Shown in pieces: positions 33,518 through 43,483 of a DNA stretch of 43,483 bases (position 1 is its first letter; each line of letters starts with the position of its first letter). The translations under genes and the position numbers were made by a program. Where the stretch lies: positions 30,441,291 through 30,484,773 of the forward strand of contig NC_068993.1 in assembly GCF_001194135.2 (NCBI RefSeq), read 5' to 3'. Source of the DNA: Octopus bimaculoides. Taxonomy: Eukaryota. Under the pieces are notes generated by a model. That model made no database searches. It saw nothing but the letters and a program-made list of their open reading frames with translations, and was not told the DNA's origin.

Positions 33518-36500
33518 TGTTATATCCTGGTATTGGATATTTAATTTCACGAGGGAGGGGGGAAAAAGTATTCAAACGATACATTACTATTACTGTTTGA
33601 CGAGGTTAATCGCTCTCTGCCAACGGCTCACTGTACACTGCTTACTCATTAATTGCTTACAATCAATGTTTGACGAATCGACAGTCGTCTATTTCATAAA
33701 AATGTGTCAGTCCACTTTTAGCTACATGGGCTGATCGAAATCCTTCCACAACATCTCCCCTTTTTAGAATCAGTCTCCCCTAACTTCTCCCCTTTTGAGA
33801 ATTAAACTCCACTCAGAGTTTTAATATTTGTTACGCTTAGGGTACAATTCCAGTGTTTCTGTGCTTTTCTGTTTTCTGGCGCAAGAACGTGTTGTTTCGA
33901 ATTGGGTGTTAGTACTTCAACCGTGTCGTTTTGATATCCCGTGACTGTTTTCCCCCGTGAATCATTTATTAAGTTGATCAATATGTCTTTTATGCTCGAT
34001 ATTTTTTCCTTTTACCAAGAATAACATTCTTCCAATTTGTTTGAAAATACACCGTCTTCACAGATTTCTTTATAGTTTTCTATAGGTTTTTAAAAAAACT
34101 TTGACACCTAAATTGAAGAATTTTGAAGTATTCTTGTTGTTCGCGTTTTTTCTATTTTCACTCGGTATCAACTTATCAAAGACGGATCTGATCTTTCTTG
34201 CAAACATCAACACTGCGGGTAACATTCCAAACGGTGTATTCGGATTAGGTGTTATTCGGTGCACTCTTAGAAATTGTTGAACTGCAAGGTCATCAATTAC
34301 TTCATTGTTCTCCTTTTTTACGCTCTCTTGAAAGTGTCAGCCAGCCTCTCCGCTTGTCCATTTGATGACGAACTCATCTGCAGTAAGCTGAGTTCCGTTA
34401 TCAGACACAATCGTATCAGGAATGCCATATCTGGTGAACAATTCGTGTAAAAATCTTACTGTAACCACACATGTCACCTTTCTACACTTATACACTTCAG
34501 GCCACTTTGAAAACTGTCCACCACAACAAAGTAATATGAACCCTTAAGTGGACCTGCGTAATTAACATGGTCTGGACCATGGAATCTCTGCTTTTAGCCA
34601 CAGTTGTTATTTAATGATAAGTACTTTTGGAGTTAGAGCACATCCTCTGCATACTTTCACTAGCTCTTCAATATCATGGTCCATTGTTGGCCAATATACA
34701 TAACTTTTCATTAACGATTTCATTCTTGAAATACCGGGTGACTAATGTGAATTCCTTCTGTAGTGACTGACACTACGGTTCTTTGTCCGTACATCAACAC
34801 ACCGTCACTCATTGAGAATGCGTTTGCATTTGTGTTGCGCATATTTTTGTCTCTTTTAGCCTTCAGCATTTCTTTCACTTTTTTAGTGACTTTATCATTT
34901 ACCGATTTTAATTCTATGTCTTGTAATGCGACTAGCAGTTCACGTATGACGTTACACAAAAAAATTTTAATTTCATTTTCCGCTCGCAACGCAGCAATCA
35001 CGGTATCATCAAAGGGTTTAACATTTGAAAAAAAAATCAGTCTTGATAAACAATCAGCGTATCCTAATTGCTTAGATGATATATGCTCCCTCTTGAAATC
35101 ATAGTTCAATAATATAGTACCCCAGCGTTGCAACCTATTAGCAGTATGGGTAGGGATTCCTTTCTTCGACCCATATATCGATAATAGCGACGATGATCAG
35201 TCTGTAGTCGAAAGCCTCTACCGTGTAAAACTCTATGAATATTTTTTACGGCAATAATAATAGCTAGAGCCTCTTTTTTGATTTGGCTGTAATTTTTTCT
35301 ACTGATATCAGAGAACGTGTGGCATGAACCACTGCTTTCATGTTACCATCTTTATACTTGTGTAACATTACTGCTCCGTCACCGTACTCAGAGGCATCTC
35401 AAGTTATTACAATATATACTACAGGATCGAAGTATGCTAACGACAAATCAGATGTTAATTTTTTTTAGTTTCGTTGAACGCCTTCTGATAATTTTCAAAC
35501 CAATTCCACTTAACATATTTTTTTGATAGATTATTTAGTGGAACTCTTACCTTATGCATATTTGGAATATAATTTTGGCAATAAGCTGCCAGTCCTAAAA
35601 AAGCTTGTAAGGTCACTATATTTGTCGTAAGGAGAATATCTTTAATTGCGTCTGCCTTCGAAGGACCTAGTCAACGTCCATTTCTGTCAATGTTTAGTCC
35701 TAAATATTCCATTTTCTGTAAGAAAAATTGACACCTTTCTTCACTCAAAGTAAAGCCATAATCCCTAATTGTTTCGAATACATATTTTACGTGCTTTTCA
35801 TGCTGATCCCTGGATTCACTTTTTATGAGTATACCATCTAGATACGGAATTGCGAATTCACAGTCTGCTGGCATTGCATCCACAATCGGTTGAAAAATCG
35901 CCGGTGCGACTTTTAAGACAAATGGTAATCTGTCATATTTATACAGTTCTTTATGTCTGTTAATTGTTAGGTACTTAGAACATTCATCGTCTATTCTAAT
36001 TTTCAGGAACGCGTCAGAGAGACTCAATTTAGAAAATATCTGCCACTGTTTAATTTCACAAATATGTCCTCCGGATTAGGTAGCGGATAGTGACACATTT
36101 TGAGACATTCGTTTAAACCAGTGGAAAAAATCAGTACAGACCCTGATTTTATTCTTTTTCTTAATGTACTATTGGTGATACCCATTGACGATATTCCACT
36201 TTTTGGATAACTCCAATTTTTTCTAATCTCTAACTCAAAGTTTATCTGTTCTAACGCAGCGAATGGTACAGTTCGTTTTGGTTTAAATACAGGTATGCCA
36301 TTGTCTTTTATTTGAAACTTCGCTTTGTTTTGGTGTACAGACCTAGTTCATGAGACAAAACTGTAGAGAATATATTTTTGATATTTTTTTAAAATTCGTC
36401 TGACGATTTATTTGTACTGGTGGAGAAACCATTCATACTTTTACAGGAACATTTTGTCTTTTTTTTCTTACACGTTACCGGTCGACACGCATGAATATAA

Positions 36501-37525
36501 GAGCAGTTTTATTCTTCAATTTTATCTGCGTCATGTCTTGGATTTATAATCCTCTGGTATTCTACTGTCTGTAGGGTTAATTTTTGGCCCTGTTGTAATT
36601 TTGTTAATATCCGGGAACGTATATCTGCATTTTTGTTTGTAGTTGGCCCTTGGGCAAAAATTAGACATTTGAACATGCTCGGGATTAATTCATTTAAGTT
36701 GAATTTTGCACACTCTCTGTTAGGAACCTTAACATAGGTAACGAAATCTTCATCATCTTTTTTGAGCAAATTTAAACGTCGCCAGCGAGTACTGAACAGG
36801 GAACTTCTTTCTCTGAAAATTTTGATAAAAAATTAACTGTTTCTTCGAAATAAATCTCACCTGGATTCTTCGGCAGAATGTAGTTACTAAACTTTCCGTG
36901 TTCGGCAAGGGATAACTTGCTTAAAAATGGTCGTACTTTTCTCATCCAATTTTTACGTTCTTCTTTGAAAATTTCTTCGTATCTTCTGAAATATGAAGAG
37001 AAGGTAATCCTTTCTTCTGGTTTATAGCTGACTTCTTCAATTGAATTTGCTACGCTGTCTGGCGAGTAAGAACCGGCAGTATCTTCCGAATTCTTCAAAA
37101 TTAATTTCAGCAATTGTTGGTTTTGTTGTTGTTGTTGTTGTTGTTGTTGTTGCTGTTGTAGCAGCTGTTGTTGTTGCAACTGCACCACGGAGGCCAATAA
37201 ATCCTCCATATTAAAGCGATTTTTTCTTTGGTTTCATGCCAAAAGAAAAAAATTCTAAACGTCCAACGCAAGCTTCGAACAACTCGTCCTCACTTTTATA
37301 TCTTGGTGTTGGATATATAATTTAACGAAGCAGGGGGAAAGAAAGTATTCACACGATTTATTACTATTACTGTTACACGAGGTTAAACGCTCTGTGCCAA
37401 CGACTCACAGTGAACTGCTTACCCATCAATTGCTTACAGTCAATGGTTGACGACTCGACAGTTGTCTATTTAATAAAAATGTGCACTTTTAGGCACATTG
37501 GGGTGGTCGGAATGCTTCCACAACA
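33518..37525 (-). mobile_element. Ty3/Gypsy (Mag/K02A2.6-like) LTR retrotransposon with both LTRs, decayed
   Basis: LTRs 37294-37525 (5') and 33518-33753 (3'), both starting TGTTGTGGAAG; TSD CATAG/CATAA; PBS-like GTGAGGACGAG 37283-93; PPT AAAAAGGGGAGA 33754-65. Gag (YKPEERITFSSYFRRYEE), RT (LPFVLKVAPAIFQ..YLDG), RNase H (YSQIKKEALAI..TDHR), integrase (GHPGISRMKSL..YVYWP..C..C; IVSDNGTQL). Confidence 0.93.
36509..37209 (-). pseudogene. Gypsy gag (frameshifted) with an N-terminal poly-Gln tract
   Basis: ORFs 36772-37209 and 36509-36769; (CAA/CAG)n at ~37110-37165. Confidence 0.85.
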
Positions 37526-38051
37526 CATAAATATATACATATTACATGAGATGAACTTAAAGCAATGCCACCTTCACGACATTCACTCGTATTATTTAAC
37601 AATGAAATTTTGGTTCAAAATGAATGACCAAGGGTTGTTTGTTTCCATGGTTAGCTACGACAGAGCCGAGGCTGGTGAATGTAGAGGACAATTTCTCTTC
37701 AATGAATTAGAAAACTGTACTAGTGTGACATTGTGTTTGGATGATTAGCCTAATAATTTGAAGAACCAGACTGAGCACTCGGGATAAAAATCACTGATAC
37801 CTTCAAAATGCTTAAACGTTACATTACACTAAAAACATTCTCGTTTCTTCCAATCTAATGGATATACATACTTGTAACGAAATTTGTCACCACGATATAT
37901 AAAAAAACAGTAAATAAATATTCATTGGTACAGCGAATAGTCGCTTGACTGAATAAAAAGCTGTTATTAGCAATAGAAGCAATATTTGAATGAAATAGAG
38001 ATCTAAGTATTATACTGAATGTAGTAAATACATCGCCGAAAGGCAAACGTA

Positions 38052-38314
38052 CTGCGGTATTCGTCCAGAGATAACATTTCTTACCGACGTGCTGTGCTTA
38101 AAAACACAATGTATATATATTGAAGTAAGACGATAATCGTATAATATATCACTCGCTGTGATACATACCTTCTCAAAACCTAACTCGGGCAAAATACATT
38201 TGGCGTTTTTGCTAGTCGCTGCCGGGGCGATTTTCATTTTCCTCCAATATATCACTATATTGTATCTAAAAACAGCACTTCCCATAAGATTTTATCTCTG
38301 GACGAATACCATTG
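38052..38314. mobile_element. MITE, 263 bp, TA TSD, pogo/Tc1-like TIRs
   Basis: Perfect 19-bp inverted repeat GGTATTCGTCCAGAGATAA (38056-74 / 38292-310), extending imperfectly to C..|..G termini; TA at 38050-51 and 38315-16. Confidence 0.75.
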
Positions 38315-39384
38315 TACATTTGTCCTTTATTGTACATTTGCCTTTCTGTTGGCGAACTGGAGGACACGAACAGCAGTATCACAGGGTATGGCTTTGCGGT
38401 AAAACGCTATTTTTCTGTTTTACTTTTCCGTTTCTTTTCGCACCTTCAAATTTTTATAGCTTTTATATATTGTACTCACTCGTATAATGAACCTAATCTA
38501 TGCAACCAATATATCTACAGGCATAAAGGACAAATGGTCGGTTCTCTTTAAATACTTAACGTTAAAATTGATGTGACGAGATTGAAATAAATATTAAGAT
38601 ATCTATGATATTTTAGCTTTGAATCGTAACTGAAGGTGGGGAGTATATAATTTCATAACTAAAACTAATCGCAGAAGAAATTAAGAATCAATACATAGCC
38701 TCAATGAAAAATACGGAGAAAAGTAAATGGCCCACATAGCATAGTATGTTACGATCAGCCTGCTATGAAATAGATTTTCTATTGATTCTCCGGTTTATTT
38801 GCGTGTCAATTTTCTTTTTCTTGCGAAGAACTATGATCACCAAAACAATGAATTACTTTGGTGCACGTTTATTGTTTACTTTTACTAAACCTGGAATATT
38901 GTTAGAATTTTCTTTGCTAAGAGTGTCAACTTTAGTTGTGTATAATTTGCAATGTTTCTATTTTAGCAACAGGACAGAAAATGTGCATGGATATAATTTA
39001 TCCAGACTTGAAACTATAGTTAACGGAGATTTTTATGTAAAGGAAATATAATGTCGATATATAGACATAAATATACACCTGCAAATACACGAGGAAATAT
39101 TCATATTATTAACAACAAATCTCAGGAATTTTATATATGAAATATTAGAGATAGTTTTCCTACCAATATTTTGACTATTATTGCACTTAAATACTTTAAA
39201 ATTAACATTTATTAAACTTCTAAAATAATTAATTTAAATGTTACCTGTTCATTTTTCTTAATCTTCTTGCTTTGGATTACTATAATAAAATTCATTATAT
39301 ATGAAAATAAAATATTAGGTTAAAATTGTGTTTTTACCGTCTCAAATAGAATAATGGTTTCCTGTTTCAAGAATTAACGACATG

Positions 39385-39635
39385 TTATCATCATCATCTG
39401 GTCGAGTTTGCTCGGACATTTTTAATCAGCGTACGCCATCGATGTTGATCCTGCATTAATCAAGGGTGTTCTTCAGGGAGCTATCCAGTTTCTGGTAGTT
39501 GATCCACATACTTTGTGTTCGGACGACCTGCTCGAGGAGAGCCATGCTTTGGTAATCATAACAGTAGGTTTAGCTCGTCGGCTTTAATTGCTGAGTTCAA
39601 CATACAATGCCGACGATCGTTTCTATTGTATTGAC
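39385..39635 (-). mobile_element. RTE-clade LINE 3' end with (TGA)n tail
   Basis: PKHGSPRAGRPNTKYVDQLPETG*...LMQDQHRWR (cf. P.HG.R..GRP..T..D.L..DTG...M.DR..WR), then TGATGATGA. Confidence 0.75.
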
Positions 39636-40361
39636 ATATTTAGATACAGAGAATACCATTCAATGGGAGAAGGCATAGTATGACATGGAATAAACAAAAA
39701 TTTGCATAAGGTATTCTATCGTAAAAATTGCTCGACAACGACAGGATATTCATCTGTGGAAGAAAATGAAAGACGCTATTGTATAATTGTTTCAGTACGT
39801 TGGTACAAATTAAAGAACAAAGTACTAACATTCACTCTTCCCTTCAGTAAACACATTTTCTCTCGTCCGCTCTGTGCTTGTCTCTCTCATTCACTCTCTC
39901 TGTCTCACACATCCTTTCTCTCCTCCTCATCCTTGATATCAGCCACCCACATTATGCCACCATATTTCCCTCAACCTAACATATCTTTACACCCTTCTCA
40001 TTTTGTCATGTTATCATATAATAGCCCAACACCCGTAGGGGGCCATTATTGAACTGGATGTTAGTTTAACATGTATGCAAATTTTCAGAAAGATCGGTTC
40101 GCTGTTAGAGGCACCAAGATGGTAATAGACAGACAAAAATTGCCATTTATATATAAAGTGTTCATATATANNNNNNNNNNNNNNNNNNNNNNNNNNNNNN
40201 NNNNNNNNNNNNNNNNNNNNNNNNNNNNNNNNNNNNNNNNNNNNNNNNNNNNNNNNNNNNNNNNNNNNNNNNNNNNNNNNNNNNNNNNNNNNNNNNNNNN
40301 NNNNNNNNNNNNNNNNNNNNNNNNNNNNNNNNNNNNNNNNNNNNNNNNNNNNNNNNNNNNN

Positions 40362-40570
40362 ACGAAGACAGGTGTGTAAACAACAAACAACTGTATTAGT
40401 TTAACGTTCGGGAAGATGAGAAAGTCTTTTACGTTTCGAGCCTACCCTCTTCAACAGAATGGAACACGAGGAAATAAACAGAGAGAATAAAAAACTTTTT
40501 GAGCTAGTGGTCAATCATAGCGGCTGGCTGGACAGGAGAGCTAGAACGAAGGGGAGATAATGAAGTATTG
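40362..40570 (-). mobile_element. Penelope pseudo-LTR-like repeat fragment containing a variant hammerhead-like motif
   Basis: Pyrimidine-rich minus strand with CTGTTGAAGAGGGTAGGCTCGAAACGTAAAAGAC (40457-40424). Element identity is inferred from this motif only. Confidence 0.4.
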
Positions 40571-40589
40571 GTGATCCCCAAACGAAGGT

Positions 40590-40812
40590 GTGCGTGCGTG
40601 TGCATGTGAGAGTGTGTAAGTGTATGTGTGTGGATAGAGGCTAATGACTTTGACGTGTGGATGTGTGCGTATGTAAGTGTGTGCGTCTGTAATGTGTGGG
40701 TGTGTGGATAATGGTGTGGGTGCTGGGAAGTGCTAGTGTGGTCAGTGCTATATAGATATATAGATATATATATATAGATATATATATATAGATATATAGA
40801 TATATATATATA
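40590..40812. repeat. Degenerate (TG)n then (TA/TAGA)n microsatellite
   Basis: Direct. Confidence 0.85.
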
Positions 40813-41039
40813 CATTGGAGAAAAAGGAAATGGAGAAAAGTATATGTATGAATAATTTATTTGTATGTCATAATATGTTGAACATTTCTTTTAAAAAGCA
40901 TAACAGTTCCAATAAGTTTGTAAAGTTGTAAACCTCGAAAAAGATTTTAAAAGCTGGATATAAACAGAAAACTAAATATACTAAGTAGGATTTATATTAC
41001 AGTTAATAATAACCATAAACGTGTTTACATATCTAAGCA

Positions 41040-42800
41040 TAACTTCAATAGTAATAACCTAGCGACCCAACCGTTGAATAATGTCATAGATACTGATAAC
41101 TCAGTTAATAGATCACACAATAAACGTATATTGAACAAAGGTATACAACATAAAAATATCGTAACAGAAAATAAAAAAATATACCTCAAGACCAATGCCA
41201 GTACTTATACTGGCAATAACAAAAGAAGCATGTGCATCATACACATTAAGATTATTAAACACAAATCAAATTATGACAATAATCACAAAGATATAAATAA
41301 TAAATACTAAATTGTTTCGTTTGCAATAATTTTAAAATTTACATTGCTCTTTAACACTACAATCACACAAATCACTCATATTGTCACTGGAAATAATAGA
41401 TGGGTTGGGGCGAGTAATCTCCCCTTGATTGTTATGTAAGAATGGAGCATTTACATTTCGTTTATTATGGGGTAGACTGAGCATGCGTTGGTGTACTAGA
41501 ATTCAGGGAAGGTATGTATCTAACTAATTTACAAGTAACTGAAAAGCCATATCGAAAAAGCCTGCGGTGGAATAATTCACACTGAATCGTAAAATGTAAT
41601 TTTGCAGCGTAAGGGAGATAACCGTTCTTTAGATTCCTTTATACGTAATAAAGTAAATCTAGGACTTTTAAAGATAACTACCCTAATAACATGGTATGTC
41701 CCAGTAAAACTGTTTGGTTGATAATACCACATGTTAACCAGATCAAATCCAACCTCCCTTACCAGTTTCGTGAAGCTATAGATAAGAATTTCCAAAAAAA
41801 TTCAAGATACCATTCCATTATCAATTCACACCGAATTACAATAGGGTTATATCAGACACCAAAAACCATTCGCAAATCATCTCTTCGCATAACAATAAGT
41901 TATTAAATACAAATCCACGTAATTAAAATAGTAACATTGATATTATTAACACTGATCACTATTTGAATAATAATAACAACAATATTAGTATTTCTGATAT
42001 AAATTCGAATCGCATTCGTTTCCTTAGCAGTCATTATAAGACTAGAAACTCTGTTTATCAATGTAAAATTCCGGTTCTGATTTTTTTCTTTTTTTTACAT
42101 AGGTAGGTCTTTATCTCAGTTGTCGAAAAGAATATCTAACCATTAATCTACATTTAGATATATCAATAAACGCAAAAATACTGGGTTTAGTAAATTAATT
42201 TGGTCTCTAAAGGAACATAACAAACAATTTGATTTGGAATAGGAATATTCTATCTAGATCCTTTCCATATGATAAAGGTAAATCTTTTTGTCCGCTCTGC
42301 AACGAAGAACAATATCTCATTCTGTTCTCGGACAATTCTCTTGTAAACACGTTTAAAGAACGCGCTTATCATTGCAAACATTGGAAAAACATACCTTTTG
42401 TTCCTATAAGTAATTTCTACTAATCTATAAAATTCGACCTTTATCTGTATTCCTACATTTCATTTCTACTAAATATACCTATTTCCACGCTTTTAAATTT
42501 TATTCCCATTCAGCTATCGCACTATATTTCGCCTCTCTAATTTTTCTGTTAATTTCTTTGTTTCTCCTCCTTCTGTTTCCCTAAATTGCATTGGACGTTA
42601 AATCTATTAACCATTTTTAAAAAATAACTTGCCACCTTCATCATATAAACGGTAAACACTTTCGGTCAAAATGATTTATTGATGTGTTCTTGTTTCTCTT
42701 TTTTCCCCTGACGACATGATTGCATTGTTTTACATCATTTTATTTCCTCCGGAATAATGTCAATATATTCTTCGAAACACATGTAATTATAAAGATTTGA
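41040..42800 (+). mobile_element. Penelope-like element (Neptune-type), RT core largely missing, GIY-YIG retained as a pseudogene
   Basis: Asn/Thr-rich N-terminal region; linker KTVWLIIPHVNQIKSNLPYQFREAIDKNFQKNSRYHSIINSH (cf. IIWFNPP..KTN..FL..IDK.FP..LH.IFN); VYQCKI (42053), frameshift, YIGRS..KRISNH..IWSLK; ILSRSFPYDKGKSFCPLCNEEQYLIL..VNTFKE..HCKH. Confidence 0.85.
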
Positions 42801-42861
42801 ATAACTCTATTTCTTAATTTATATACATATATATGCACATATATATATATATATTCTTCTC

Positions 42862-43030
42862 TTAGGCCTCCGTCGGTCATGGCTGACCATGGATGATGTC
42901 ATCCGTCCGTTGAGTTGTCTGTTCAATTTTTGCAACGNNNNNNNNNNGCTGTAGAGACCGATGCGAGAGCGGCAGTCTCGTTTGCAAAGGTCACACCTAT
43001 ACGTTGAATCCGGTCTGTTGGCTGTCATTT
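42862..43030 (-). mobile_element. RTE/BovB-like LINE 3' end
   Basis: YRCDLCKRDCRSRIGLYS.. (C-x2-C..SRIGLxSH motif typical of RTE C-termini), short UTR, TA tail. Confidence 0.8.
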
Positions 43031-43400
43031 CTTTTCACTTCACTGCGTTTCTGTCATGTCTTCTTTCATTTTCTCCGTTTTGTGCGTTTGTGCATCCGTA
43101 GATATGTACTGAAGCCACCAATAGGCAATGAAGGCAAATGAAGCCCTCACCAGAAAACTTGTTATGCTAAATATAACAGCTAAAGGTCTGGTACACAGAA
43201 ATATATTATTAAGACGACTTACCTGTTGCATACGATTTTTTTTTCACTTTAAGTAAATTCCCAGGTAAACGTTTCTAATAGAAAGGCAGAAGATATCAGA
43301 AGCAAAAATAAGGAATATATACGCACAGAAGCATAGAAGTATAATTTGTTACATAATCCTTATAATAAACATGATATTCCCTGTTTGAACATTTTTTAAT

Positions 43401-43435
43401 TATGTGTGTGTGTGTGTGTGTATATGTATATATAT

Positions 43436-43483
<48 letters not shown>
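43401..43483. repeat. (TG)n + (TA)n microsatellite
   Basis: Direct. Confidence 0.95.

Noticed and set aside
38746-39051. 101-aa hydrophobic ORF with an internal acceptor (~38967) and a possible donor (~39036)
   Set aside because: AT-rich random-like composition and no recognisable homology; cannot be supported without RNA data.
42700-42795. CTGACGA...GAAACACATGTA in the 3' region of the Neptune element
   Set aside because: The position is suggestive, but stem II is not contiguous with GAAA and stem I does not pair; at best a dead relic.
1-43483. CRISPR arrays, rRNA genes or prokaryotic operons
   Set aside because: No regularly spaced repeat-spacer structure and no rRNA-like segments; the content is eukaryotic repeats.

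Overview
This is an AT-rich, microsatellite-dense, gapped eukaryotic (animal) draft-assembly window. The SINE families and repeat landscape suggest an octopod cephalopod (inference, not a database result). Most of it is decayed, nested transposable elements, and none is intact. DNA transposons: a pogo-like transposase relic (5.9-8.4 kb) interrupted by a ~1 kb foldback element carrying an internal (CCCTAA)n array; a TTAA-bounded piggyBac (18.0-21.0 kb); a full-length D,D34D mariner (26.4-27.7 kb) nested in a Penelope element; a DUF4817/rosa-like fragment; and several MITE/foldback hairpins. Retroelements: a two-LTR Gypsy (Mag-like) element (33.5-37.5 kb); three tandem R4/Dong-like RLE LINE 3' fragments (21.3-24.8 kb); a CR1/Jockey-group LINE; RTE 3' ends; at least three Penelope-like elements; and about 14 tRNA-derived SINE copies. 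The most notable signal not explained by ORFs is a set of type I hammerhead-ribozyme-like motifs. One has a canonical core (1930-1976), one sits just 3' of a Neptune-type GIY-YIG (9951-10017), and several are variant or degenerate. Two short phase-compatible + strand exons (23.7 kb and 32.7 kb) may be the 3' end of a host gene. All translations, alignments and folds were done by eye, and boundaries of decayed elements are approximate.
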